64,000 nt of DNA from an uncultured Phycisphaerales bacterium. GTDB taxonomy: Bacteria > Planctomycetota > Phycisphaerae > Sedimentisphaerales > Anaerobacaceae. Below, piece after piece: positions 1 through 8,528 of the stretch. The first letter of the stretch is position 1. Each line of letters opens with the position of its first letter. Location of the stretch: contig CAVYYI010000001.1 in NCBI GenBank assembly GCA_963772725.1, positions 800,001-864,000 of the forward strand, in the 5' to 3' direction. A program made the position numbers and the translations under genes. The notes beneath the pieces are model-generated. The model saw only the letters and a program-made list of their open reading frames with translations, was not told where the DNA came from and did no database searches.

Positions 1-241
1 TAAACTGCGAACCGGCTATTGCTGCGCCAATTGTGTGAGCAGAGGTGTTTAATATAAGAATGACGGCGATAGGCCTTTCGATGCGTGCCTTGAAATCCTG
101 CCATAAAGCCCCGAGTTTGGGTCTTTTCAGGGAAATAGCGGCTATCTGACTGGGCGTAAGGCTAAGCAGCGTCGCCTCAGCAAGAGAACAAAGAAACGAT
201 ACCATAAGCGCCACCAATACACTACCAATAAAAAGAGCCAT
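1..241 (-). CDS. CNNM/DUF21 (hemolysin-CorC-like) membrane protein, 5' part only; runs off window start
   Basis: Manual translation from ATG at 241: MALFIGSVLVALMVSFLCSLAEATLLSL...ERPIAVILILNTSAHTIGAAIAG, typical DUF21 N-terminus. Confidence 0.8.
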   Translation of the reverse strand, partial: MALFIGSVLVALMVSFLCSLAEATLLSLTPSQIAAISLKRPKLGALWQDFKARIERPIAVILILNTSAHTIGAAIAGSQF

Positions 242-275
242 TTAATTTCTCCATAAAATATATTGCAGTTTATAA

Positions 276-1586
276 TTATTGCTGCTGTTTAATTTTTTCC
301 CTGATTTCCTTGTTTGTCCTGACGCTGCACCACTGTTTGCCGCACATAGTGCAGTAATCAGCGGAAATAAACTCGTGGGCATTGATTTCCTTACAGGCTT
401 GTTTATGCATTTTCTCTGCGGTTCCGGGGTCGATGGATTCAGCCAGATGTGTTTTCCAATCGAGGTTCGCACGGGCGATGCTTAGTTTCCTATCGCGTTC
501 AGCGGCACCTTTTAAGCCCCTTGCTACATCGGCGGCGTGAGCGGCAATCTTTGCGGTAACTACGCCGGCGCGAACATCATCCTCGTTGGGAAGACCTAAA
601 TGTTCTCTGGGGGTAACATAACATAAAAACGAAGCACCGTAAAACGCGGCGGCTGTCCCTCCTATGGCCGATGTGATATGGTCGTAGCCCGGCGCGATGT
701 CCGTTACCAATGGGCCAAGAACATAGAACGGAGCCCCGTGACATATTTCTTTTTGAATTTCCATATTATACTGAATCTGATTGAACGGAACATGGCCGGG
801 TCCTTCGACCATAACCTGGCAGCCTTTCTCCTGCGCCCGCTGAGTAAGTTCACCGAGTGTCCGCAGTTCGGCAAGTTGAGCTTCATCGGTGGCATCCGCG
901 ATAGCACCGGGCCGTAACCCGTCGCCGAGCGAAAAACAAATGTCATATTCAGACATTATATCGCACAGGTCGTCGAACATTTCATACATCGGGTTCTGCT
1001 TATTATGATAAAGCATCCATTTTGCCAATAATGCTCCGCCGCGGCTGACAATGCCTGCAACGCGATTTTTCAGTAATGGCAAATGTTCTTTGAGAAGGCC
1101 GGCGTGAATTGTAAAAAAGTCAACACCCTGTGCGGCCTGCTTTTCGATGACTTCGCGGATTGCCTTTTCATTGATGTCTTCGACGTTTCTGTCTATGATG
1201 ACTTCGTAAATCGGCACAGTGCCGAATGGAACAGGACACTTTGCGAGAAGTTTTTTTCGGGTTTCATCGAGGTCGCCGCCGGTGCTTAAATCCATAATAG
1301 CATCAGCGCCAGCCGCAAGGGCGGTCTTCATTTTTTTAATCTCGCTTCGTATAGTCGAACGAATACTGCTTGTACCGATATTCGCGTTTATTTTCGTTGT
1401 CAGGATTCGCCCTATACCACACGGCTTAAGATTGGTTTTAAGATGCAGCTTATTTGCGGGTATAACCAGTCTGCCTGCCGCCAGTTCTTCACGGACCGAT
1501 TCAGGGGTAACGTTCTCTATCTGAGCGACGAATTTAGCTTCATCGGATATTACGCCTGTTCGTGCAATTTGTAATTGTGTTGCCAT
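276..1586 (-). CDS. thiC: Phosphomethylpyrimidine synthase ThiC
   Basis: KINANIG, GADAIMDLSTGG, GIVSRGG, GDGLRPG, EGPGHVP and C-terminal CTMCG..C motifs; start placed at MATQ (1586); TPP riboswitch upstream. Confidence 0.97.
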   Translation of the reverse strand: MATQLQIARTGVISDEAKFVAQIENVTPESVREELAAGRLVIPANKLHLKTNLKPCGIGRILTTKINANIGTSSIRSTIRSEIKKMKTALAAGADAIMDLSTGGDLDETRKKLLAKCPVPFGTVPIYEVIIDRNVEDINEKAIREVIEKQAAQGVDFFTIHAGLLKEHLPLLKNRVAGIVSRGGALLAKWMLYHNKQNPMYEMFDDLCDIMSEYDICFSLGDGLRPGAIADATDEAQLAELRTLGELTQRAQEKGCQVMVEGPGHVPFNQIQYNMEIQKEICHGAPFYVLGPLVTDIAPGYDHITSAIGGTAAAFYGASFLCYVTPREHLGLPNEDDVRAGVVTAKIAAHAADVARGLKGAAERDRKLSIARANLDWKTHLAESIDPGTAEKMHKQACKEINAHEFISADYCTMCGKQWCSVRTNKEIREKIKQQQ

Positions 1587-1609
1587 TTTATCTATTCCTT
1601 TTAAGAACT

Positions 1610-1633
1610 CACCACTAAGACACGAAGGCACGA
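1610..1633 (+). repeat. Short dispersed intergenic repeat CCACTAAGACACGAAGGCACGAAG
   Basis: Related copy on the opposite strand at ~30818-30841 and a weaker one at ~26799-26825. Confidence 0.55.
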
Positions 1634-1683
1634 AGTTTTTAATATTATTTATTTTTTATTAATGCTTCCGCATCTTCGCAGTT

Positions 1684-1718
1684 AAAAACAAAAAATCGCT
1701 CCTGTGAGGAAGCGATTT
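1684..1718 (-). terminator. Intrinsic terminator in thiC leader (riboswitch expression platform)
   Basis: Minus strand AAATCGCTTCCT-CAC-AGGAGCGATTT followed by T-rich tract, between aptamer and thiC start. Confidence 0.8.
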
Positions 1719-1748
1719 GATTTCAAAAATATCTGTGAAATTTAATAT

Positions 1749-1845
1749 CACTTTCCTACGCAGGCAATTTCGCCTCACTGGCGACCGTCCTGTTCAGGTT
1801 CAGAGGGTTTTTCTCAGATTCGCCTTCTGCGAACCACCCCTAGTG
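1749..1845 (-). ncRNA. TPP riboswitch aptamer with extended P5/L5 region
   Basis: Minus strand GGGGTG...CTGAGA..ACCCT..GAACCTGA.CAGG...CCTGCGTAGGAA conserved TPP motifs directly upstream of thiC. Confidence 0.92.
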
Positions 1846-1899
1846 AACAAAAACATTATAGCATTTTCTTGTTTTATGTCAATAATGCCTGATAAAAAA

Positions 1900-2967
1900 C
1901 TAAAAACAATAAGGACATTCGTTAGTCAGGATTTCACAGCCGGTGGAAGTTACTAAGATATCGTCTTCGATTCTGATGCCGAGTTTACCGGGGATATAGA
2001 CGCCCGGTTCGATGGTGATTACCATACCAGCCTGTAATTTTCCTTTGCTTTTGCGCGAAATGATAGGAGCCTCGTGAATCTCAAGCCCCAGGCCATGTCC
2101 TGTACCGTGGCCGTAAACCGGTAAATTATTTTCACTGATAATTTTTCTTGCGGCTGAATCGACCGCGGAAATTTCAACACCATCTTTTACCAATTTTATA
2201 GCGGCGGCCTGTGCCTGCTTAACAGCATCGTAAACCTTCCTGTAAAAGGGGGATGGCTTGCCGATAGTTATGCACCTTGTTATATCGCAGCAAAGGCCAT
2301 TATATTTGGCACCAAAATCAAAAAGAATAGTATCGTTTTTTTTCAGTTTCATACCGCCGGGCTTATGATGTGGACGCGAGGCATTTGCGCCAAAAGCGAC
2401 AATAGTATCAAAGCTATTCACGGCGCCGGCACTGCGGATTTGAAAATCAAGCATACCGGCCAATTGATTTTCGGTTATGCCGGTTTTTATAAATTTTACA
2501 GTCTTAGCCAATGCCTCTGCAGCGATTTGGGCGGCGGTTTTTATGGCAGCGATTTCGGCAGGGGACTTGCATGTACGGACGTTTTCAACAATGTCCGCAA
2601 CTGATTTAAGTCGGACTTTCAGTTTTTTCTTTAGGTTTTCGAAGACTGCTATTGATGCCGAATTTTCAACAGCCGCAACGCAGATGGATTTTTGCTTACC
2701 GATTAATTTGCAAACCTCTTTGGGGAGCGTGTCTTTACGCTCGATTATTTTACAGTTCTTGCATTCGCCTTTCGCTTGTTCGGTGTACCTGCTGTCGGTC
2801 AATAGATACACGTTCGTAGGAGTAATAAGAGTCCAACTGTCGTCGCCTGAGAAACCTGTTGTATATGTTACATTGGCCGGCTTGGTTAGTATAAGGCAGT
2901 CAAATTTTTCAATTTTTAACTGCCGCCTGATTTTTTGAATCGCGATATTTTTCCTGTTTGTTTTCAT
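1900..2967 (-). CDS. Xaa-Pro aminopeptidase/dipeptidase, M24 family
   Basis: Creatinase N-domain, DFGA...CDITR, HGTGHGLGLEIHE, TIEPGVY, GIRIEDD motifs. Confidence 0.95.
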   Translation of the reverse strand: MKTNRKNIAIQKIRRQLKIEKFDCLILTKPANVTYTTGFSGDDSWTLITPTNVYLLTDSRYTEQAKGECKNCKIIERKDTLPKEVCKLIGKQKSICVAAVENSASIAVFENLKKKLKVRLKSVADIVENVRTCKSPAEIAAIKTAAQIAAEALAKTVKFIKTGITENQLAGMLDFQIRSAGAVNSFDTIVAFGANASRPHHKPGGMKLKKNDTILFDFGAKYNGLCCDITRCITIGKPSPFYRKVYDAVKQAQAAAIKLVKDGVEISAVDSAARKIISENNLPVYGHGTGHGLGLEIHEAPIISRKSKGKLQAGMVITIEPGVYIPGKLGIRIEDDILVTSTGCEILTNECPYCF

Positions 2968-2970
2968 CAG

Positions 2971-4767
2971 TTATGTTTTCTTAATATCAAGTTTACGCCA
3001 GACTGTAAAGAGTAATACGGATGAAGCAATAGCTAAGAGAGTCCAGATAATCGCGAGGGTATAATTGGCATAGAGCCAGTAGCCTGTTCCGAACAGGGCG
3101 CTGTAAACGGCGACGCAGCCTAATAACATACATAAAATCCCCAAAGGCACATCCCATTTGGCATTAACTTCGCCTGCCCAGTCTCCTTCCGCCCTGGCAC
3201 GGAGAAGTACGTATTTCCAGCCTGGTCCGCCGGGCCTGGCGACCTTATAAAAACTGCGGAGCGTTTTTTGGTCTGTCGGCTTTGTGAGAAAAGTAACGAT
3301 GAGCCAGCCTGCGGTGGTGATGGCGACACCGATGATCAATTTCAGCCATCCCGGCACCGGTGTCAGGCCGATATGGGTGTGAATAAATTCAAAATAAAAT
3401 GCGACAAGAAAAGAGATAACCATCGCGGCAATTTCACTAAAAGCGTTGATTCGCCACCAGAACCACCGCAGGATAAACAATAAGCCGGTGCCTGCGCCGA
3501 TTTGAAGCATAAGGTCAAATGCCCGTTTGGCGTTTTCGAGCAGGGGGGCGAGCAAACAAGCCGCAACCATTAAAAGGGCGGTTGAAATCCTGCCCACGAG
3601 TACAAGTTCCTTTTCGGAAGCGCTGGGCTTTATGAACCGCTTGTAACAATCGTTGACCACATAAGATGAACCCCAGTTGAGATGTGTGGAAATTGTTGAC
3701 ATATACGCGGCGATGAGCGACGCGACGACAAGGCCAAACCAGCCCGCCGGCAGCAGGGTCAGCATCGCCGGATAAGCCAGGTCGTTGCGAATAATTGCCG
3801 GGTCAACGTGCGGAAAGGCCGCCTTTAACGAGTCGAGATTCGGATAGACGAGCATCGAGCAAAGAGCGACGATAATCCACGGCCAGGGACGCAGGGCGTA
3901 ATGACACGCGTTAAACAGGAGTGTCGCGCCGACAGCGTGCTTTTCGTTTTTGGCGGCGAGCATCCGCTGAACAAGATAACCGCCGCCGCCCGGTTCGGCA
4001 CCGGGATACCATACGCTCCACCACTGCACCGCAAGAGGAATTATCAGAACCGAAACAAGCAGGTCGGTATTTGAGAAATCCGGAAGGATACTTATCTTCG
4101 ATGCGATGTCCGTATGAGAAAGCAGGTTGGCCAGTCCGCCTACCGATGGCTGTCTAAGCGAAATTATTGCTGCTGCGACTGAGCCGAGCATCGCAACGCC
4201 AAACTGGAAAAAATCAGTCCACAAAACGCCACTGAGTCCCCCGACCATACTGTAAAGCACGGTGATGACGGCAGCGATTGTAACCGTTTGAGCAGGCTTA
4301 AGATTGAGCATAACACTGCCGATTTTTATCGCGGCCAGAGTAACAGATGCCATAATAACGATATTGAAAAACACACCGAGATAAATCGCCCTGAACCCCC
4401 GTAAAAAAGCGGCAGGGGCAGCACTGTAGCGAAGCTCGTAAAATTCGATGTCGGTCATAATGCCGAGTCGCCGCCATAATTTAGCATAGACAAAAACGGT
4501 AAGCATACCGGTCAGAAGAAATGCCCACCATGCCCAGTTGCCGGCGACGCCGTCCTGACGAACCATATCGGTAACAAGATTGGGAGTATCCGTTGAAAAC
4601 GTCGTGGCAACCATCGAGATGCCGAGCAGCCACCATGGCATATTTCGCCCGGAAAGAAAAAATTCAGACGAGCTTGCCCCTGCTCTTTTTGAGACAACAA
4701 GACCTATAATTACTGATAAAACGAAGAAAACGAAAATGGATATCCAGTCGGCAAATACTAAATTCAT
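2971..4767 (-). CDS. Sodium:solute symporter family protein
   Basis: FFLSGRNMPWW, SMVATTFS, TDFFQ, VQRMLAAK motifs; many transmembrane segments. Confidence 0.93.
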   Translation of the reverse strand: MNLVFADWISIFVFFVLSVIIGLVVSKRAGASSSEFFLSGRNMPWWLLGISMVATTFSTDTPNLVTDMVRQDGVAGNWAWWAFLLTGMLTVFVYAKLWRRLGIMTDIEFYELRYSAAPAAFLRGFRAIYLGVFFNIVIMASVTLAAIKIGSVMLNLKPAQTVTIAAVITVLYSMVGGLSGVLWTDFFQFGVAMLGSVAAAIISLRQPSVGGLANLLSHTDIASKISILPDFSNTDLLVSVLIIPLAVQWWSVWYPGAEPGGGGYLVQRMLAAKNEKHAVGATLLFNACHYALRPWPWIIVALCSMLVYPNLDSLKAAFPHVDPAIIRNDLAYPAMLTLLPAGWFGLVVASLIAAYMSTISTHLNWGSSYVVNDCYKRFIKPSASEKELVLVGRISTALLMVAACLLAPLLENAKRAFDLMLQIGAGTGLLFILRWFWWRINAFSEIAAMVISFLVAFYFEFIHTHIGLTPVPGWLKLIIGVAITTAGWLIVTFLTKPTDQKTLRSFYKVARPGGPGWKYVLLRARAEGDWAGEVNAKWDVPLGILCMLLGCVAVYSALFGTGYWLYANYTLAIIWTLLAIASSVLLFTVWRKLDIKKT

Positions 4768-4859
4768 AAAACATCCCTGTAAAAAACTTTAAAACCAATC
4801 CTTCGGTAAAATGTTACAATACAATATCATATCTGAATATGTAGTTTTCATCAAGCGGC

Positions 4860-4890
4860 AAAAAAATAACCCCCGGCGAACCAGGGGTTA
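4860..4890 (-). terminator. Intrinsic terminator
   Basis: Minus strand TAACCCCTGG-TTCG-CCGGGGGTTA followed by T-run. Confidence 0.8.
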
Positions 4891-4924
4891 AATAATAAAC
4901 AAATACCTTTTGCAGCCAATGATG

Positions 4925-5164
4925 TTATTTGGCGGGGGATGCCGGTGTATTAGTAGATGTTGGTGCATTAGGTGCAACCGGTGCTGGAGCGGGTGCCGGC
5001 TTTGCGGCAGGCGCAGTCGTGGGAGCAGGAACATTTACCTCAGTTTTCGGCGGGGCAGGAGGGACAGGTGTCTCTTTTTTCTTGCACCCGTCAAGTACGA
5101 GCAGACCCGCAATCAGCATAGCTAACAGCAGTACCATTGCCCTTTTTGTTGTTTTGACTTTCAT
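4925..5164 (-). CDS. Small Pro/Ala-rich lipoprotein
   Basis: Signal peptide ending LDGC then KKK and low-complexity PAPA tail; RBS GAAAGGG; terminator downstream. Confidence 0.75.
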   Translation of the reverse strand: MKVKTTKRAMVLLLAMLIAGLLVLDGCKKKETPVPPAPPKTEVNVPAPTTAPAAKPAPAPAPVAPNAPTSTNTPASPAK

Positions 5165-5350
5165 ACTTTTTCCCTTTCAAAAATATATGTTTCAATCTTT
5201 TATGTTATATGTTTGAAATTTATACAATAAAATTATATTCACTTGTAAAATAATGGCAAGAATATTATAAAAATAATCTAATTTTAATCGGAATTCGCAC
5301 CAGAAATTTGGGATTGACGGAAGGGGGGGTACAGGGTAACATTTTGGTCT

Positions 5351-6460
5351 ATGAAAAACATTTTAGCAGACAGAACGGCTCTGGTGGATGCCAGCGGGAT
5401 ACGCAAGGTTTTTGCCCTCGCGGCGACAATGGAAGATCCCGTGAATTTTTCCATTGGTCAGCCTGACTATGATGTGCCGGCGGCATTGAGGGATGAGGCT
5501 ATAAAAGCCATTGAGACAGGCAAAAACAGGTATTCGCAGACCGCGGGACTGGAACTGCTGCAGAAAAAAATTGCGGCACAGGTCGAAAATGAATTCGGAT
5601 GGAAAAATCCCGCGACTCTTGTTACAAGCGGGGTAAGCGGCGCTTTATTGCTGGCGTTTATGGCGACGGTTAACCCCGGCGACGAAGTGATTATCCCAGA
5701 CCCGTATTTTGTGATGTATAAGCACCTCGTGAACCTCTTTGGCGGCAGATGCGTTTTTGTTGACAGCTATCCTGATTTTGAGCTGCCGGTCGAAAAAATT
5801 GCTGCCGCTATAACCCAAAAAACCAAAATGATAATTATCAATTCGCCGTGTAATCCGACAGGCAGGGTCTATTCACTTGAACATATAAAGGCAATTGCCA
5901 AAGTTGCCGCGGAAAATGACATTCTTATAATATCAGATGAAATATATAAGGATTTTTGCTATGACAGTACCTGTCCCAGCGTTGCGAGTTATTATGATAA
6001 AATCCTTCTTACGCGTGGTTTCAGCAAGAGTTACGCCATGACAGGTTGGCGTCTCGGATATGCGGCAGTGCCGCACAGCCTTTCAGAACTTATTGAGCAG
6101 ATGACAAAACTGCAGCAATATACTTTTGTTTGTGCGCCGACACCATTTCAGCAGGCCGCGATTGCGGCAATGGATTATGATGTATCCAAATATGTGGCCG
6201 CCTATAAAACAAAAAGAAATCTCCTTTATGAAGGCCTGAAGGGTAAATTCGATATAGTTAAACCGGGCGGTGCTTTTTATGCATTTGTAAAGGTGCGGAA
6301 CGGTTCTGCGACAAAATTTGTTCAAAAAGCCATCGAAAACAATGTTCTAATCATACCGGGCAATGTTTTCAGCGAAAAAGACACGCATTTTAGAATCAGC
6401 TACGCTACGAGCGACGAAAAAATCCAGCAAGGGGTTAAAATCCTTTGCAGCCTTGCTTAA
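5351..6460 (+). CDS. Class I/II PLP-dependent aminotransferase (AspC-like)
   Basis: IGQPD, NSPCNPTG, SDEIY, FSKSYAMTGWRLG motifs. Confidence 0.95.
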   Translation: MKNILADRTALVDASGIRKVFALAATMEDPVNFSIGQPDYDVPAALRDEAIKAIETGKNRYSQTAGLELLQKKIAAQVENEFGWKNPATLVTSGVSGALLLAFMATVNPGDEVIIPDPYFVMYKHLVNLFGGRCVFVDSYPDFELPVEKIAAAITQKTKMIIINSPCNPTGRVYSLEHIKAIAKVAAENDILIISDEIYKDFCYDSTCPSVASYYDKILLTRGFSKSYAMTGWRLGYAAVPHSLSELIEQMTKLQQYTFVCAPTPFQQAAIAAMDYDVSKYVAAYKTKRNLLYEGLKGKFDIVKPGGAFYAFVKVRNGSATKFVQKAIENNVLIIPGNVFSEKDTHFRISYATSDEKIQQGVKILCSLA

Positions 6461-6510
6461 ATTTTGCATTTTAAACTTTGATTTTTAAACTTTAAATCAG
6501 CCCCCTATTG

Positions 6511-6538
6511 ACGTCCCATAATATATGTTATGTTTCAC
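6511..6538 (+). other. dif: dif-like XerC/XerD site, attL of the provirus: ACGTCCCATAA-TATATG-TTATGTTTCAC
   Basis: 11-6-11 architecture with CATAA/TTATG inner palindrome matching canonical dif (GGTGCGCATAA-TGTATA-TTATGTTAAAT); intergenic; core repeated at 17277-17294. Confidence 0.85.
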
Positions 6539-6600
6539 TCGGCTTATCGGACTAAAAAAACATAGCATTTATCAATATCGTTAATCGTCCTTACTTTGTG

Positions 6601-6629
6601 ATATTATCGGATGTTTTTTTGAATTGCAA
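6601..6629 (-). promoter_or_regulatory. Candidate sigma70 promoter facing outward through attL
   Basis: Minus strand TTGCAA-17 bp-TAATAT; motif match only. Confidence 0.4.
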
Positions 6630-6784
6630 CACTATTTTTTGAATTTTTAATATTTTTTTTGAAATGATTGATTCTTTGAGCCGCGTTTTTCAAAGGCTTT
6701 CCGGTTTCGTTATGGCCGCCCTCGACGCTTTTACGCCCCTGAACAGCCGTCGGCGAAGCCGACATTTCCCTAAAGAGGTTACTG

Positions 6785-6813
6785 ATAGAACATAACCTGA
6801 GATTTTGGGAATT
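6785..6813 (-). other. Second, inverted dif-like site with 7-bp spacer: AATTCCCAAAA-TCTCAGG-TTATGTTCTAT
   Basis: 8/11 identity in each arm to the attL dif arms; opposite orientation, ~250 bp inside the provirus. Confidence 0.55.
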
Positions 6814-6840
6814 TGCCCTGGCTTACCCACGTAAAATTTC

Positions 6841-6961
6841 ATCCGGCTTTAGCCGGATTCCACTTGAAACACACGCGGGATTATTATAAAATCCGCGTGT
6901 TTCAGGCGGGAAGGACAAAAACCCGCAGGGTTTGTCCTTCCCGCCTCCCTGCCCTATAGGG
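6841..6961. repeat. Cluster of four consecutive inverted repeats (candidate origin or packaging region)
   Basis: ATCCGGCT/AGCCGGAT (6841-6858); TGAAACAC..GCGGGAT/ATCCGCGTGTTTCA (6865-6904); GGCGGGAAGGACAAA/TTTGTCCTTCCCGCC (6905-6945); CCCTATAGGG (6952-6961). Confidence 0.75.
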
Positions 6962-7049
6962 TACACGCCCGCTTTCCGGTTGTAAATAAAAAAAAAAAAA
7001 ATAAGAAGTGCCTGGCTAAAAAATTTTTTTGCCGGCAAAAAAAGGGGGG

Positions 7050-7247
7050 CTAAGGTTTGATTTTAAAGTTGGACATGAAGCCCAGCATAAAGGTCAAGAT
7101 TCCAAAGACTACCGTAGCCCAGACAGGCAGCCTTTCTTTGATATGGTCAATAGCGGTCCACTGCTTTTCGTCGCTTTGCTCGAGGGTTTCAAGTCTGACC
7201 TGGTGCGCGGATAGTGTTGCCTCTGATGACTGAAGTTTCTCACTCAT
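7050..7247 (-). CDS. Small coiled-coil + C-terminal TM protein (holin/XhlA-like)
   Basis: QVRLETLEQSDEKQW coil followed by hydrophobic VWATVVFGILTFMLGFM; last gene of the provirus. Confidence 0.55.
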   Translation of the reverse strand: MSEKLQSSEATLSAHQVRLETLEQSDEKQWTAIDHIKERLPVWATVVFGILTFMLGFMSNFKIKP

Positions 7248-7405
7248 TTAAGTAGCTCCTCTAAATAGTCAATAGCCTGGTCAAAGGTGATTTCATTGTC
7301 CTGGCCGTCTTTGGTTATGACTAATACGCGGCGTTCGCGGTCAACCTTTACGTTAATGTTACCGACGAATGTGCGTATCATCTGTTTGATAATTGCTTTG
7401 TTCAT
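7244..7405 (-). CDS. Small viral hypothetical protein (53 aa), not in ORF track
   Basis: MNKAIIKQMIRTFVGNINVKVDRERRVLVITKDGQDNEITFDQAIDYLEELLK; ATGA overlaps with both neighbours. Confidence 0.7.
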   Translation of the reverse strand: MNKAIIKQMIRTFVGNINVKVDRERRVLVITKDGQDNEITFDQAIDYLEELLK

Positions 7406-7866
7406 GCCTGAGCAGGCTCCGCGGCCGGCTGGAGTATTGCTATTGTATTCTGCTGAGATTTGATAAGCTTATTTTTTGCGATATTATCCGCGCTTGCCCC
7501 GATTCCCAGGACCGCCAACAGACCGATTACATAGCCCAGCGGGTCCGTGGCAGCAGCCGCGGGATTCGTGATGAGCTGCGTTACCTGGCCAATCAGGGCA
7601 TTCTTTAAAGCATCCTGCTTGTCGAGGGCTTGGATTCCGATAGTGTATCTGGCATTAAGGTCCGCGAGCTGCTGCTGAAGAGATGCGACAACCCTGTCGT
7701 ATTCGACCTGTATCTCCGCCCTGCTGATTTTGATTTCTGGATTAACCAGGGACTTAGTTTTCGACTCGCAGCCAAACCAGGTTATTGAGATTGCGATACA
7801 GACCAGGATCGATATGGCTGTACAGACATGATGCCTTATTGCGGTTAAAATTTCAGAAAACTTCAT
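7402..7866 (-). CDS. Viral membrane protein/lipoprotein with coiled coil and second TM (lysis- or spanin-like candidate)
   Basis: Hydrophobic N-terminus ending WFGC, coiled coil, TM LGYVIGLLAVLGIGA; strong RBS GAAAGGAG. Confidence 0.6.
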   Translation of the reverse strand: MKFSEILTAIRHHVCTAISILVCIAISITWFGCESKTKSLVNPEIKISRAEIQVEYDRVVASLQQQLADLNARYTIGIQALDKQDALKNALIGQVTQLITNPAAAATDPLGYVIGLLAVLGIGASADNIAKNKLIKSQQNTIAILQPAAEPAQA

Positions 7867-7959
7867 AAATGACTCCTTTCACTATATTGCCCCAAAAATT
7901 TCTTCTTAAAATGCCCCAGGTTCGATTATTATCTTTCAGGGGATACATCCATATCCCCC

Positions 7960-8121
7960 TTATGCAGTTTTTTGCGCAAGCACTGTTTCCTGCTCTTGTA
8001 TGACCGCTTTAATATCGCTGCCAGATATATCTTTTATCGCGTTATTCACCTTATCGATATATACCAGGCCAGCCTCTCTGGATTCTACCTGTTTTCGGAT
8101 ATTGATAAAAACTTCTTTCAT
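7960..8121 (-). CDS. Small viral hypothetical protein (53 aa), not in ORF track
   Basis: MKEVFINIRKQVESREAGLVYIDKVNNAIKDISGSDIKAVIQEQETVLAQKTA with AGGAG RBS upstream. Confidence 0.6.
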   Translation of the reverse strand: MKEVFINIRKQVESREAGLVYIDKVNNAIKDISGSDIKAVIQEQETVLAQKTA

Positions 8122-8132
8122 AATAGCATCTC

Positions 8133-8528
8133 CTAAAGTTTCATAATAAATGCCAACGCATAAAAGGGCGGAACATTGTCTGTATTATCTGTTACTCCAT
8201 CATCCGGTTCATCCGACGTGTCTGTGCTATATGCGCCAGTGCCTGCGAAGTCGGGGATGTCGGTTCCCGCTTGAAGTACGTGGTAATGACCATATCCGAA
8301 GTAAGGGTGAGTATGCCCTAATGAGCCGCCTGTTTGTTTTAATGTGCCGTCAACTTCACTTTTAGCAACCCCGCCGTCATCTTGTGAAGCACCGACAATA
8401 AACTTGTCGCGTAGATCTTGAGTGCCATTATTGCCGTCACATAATGCCCATCCGGCTGGTATAGTCGCGATCGAGCCAGACCAGGCCAGGATAAAACCTC
8501 TTTTCCATTTAGCTATAACTGCAAACAT
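8133..8528 (-). CDS. Phage tail-collar domain protein (candidate spike/receptor-binding part)
   Basis: GFILAWSGSIATIPAGWALCDGNNGTQDLRDKFIVG and C-terminal PPFYALAFIMKL match collar-domain fibre proteins. Confidence 0.85.
   Translation of the reverse strand: MFAVIAKWKRGFILAWSGSIATIPAGWALCDGNNGTQDLRDKFIVGASQDDGGVAKSEVDGTLKQTGGSLGHTHPYFGYGHYHVLQAGTDIPDFAGTGAYSTDTSDEPDDGVTDNTDNVPPFYALAFIMKL

Noticed and set aside
6461..6540. tRNA gene as integration target
   Set aside because: No cloverleaf or T-loop motif at either end; the repeat matches dif architecture instead
6823..7038. 71-aa ORF across the hairpin cluster
   Set aside because: Runs through homopolymers and inverted repeats, no RBS; more plausibly non-coding
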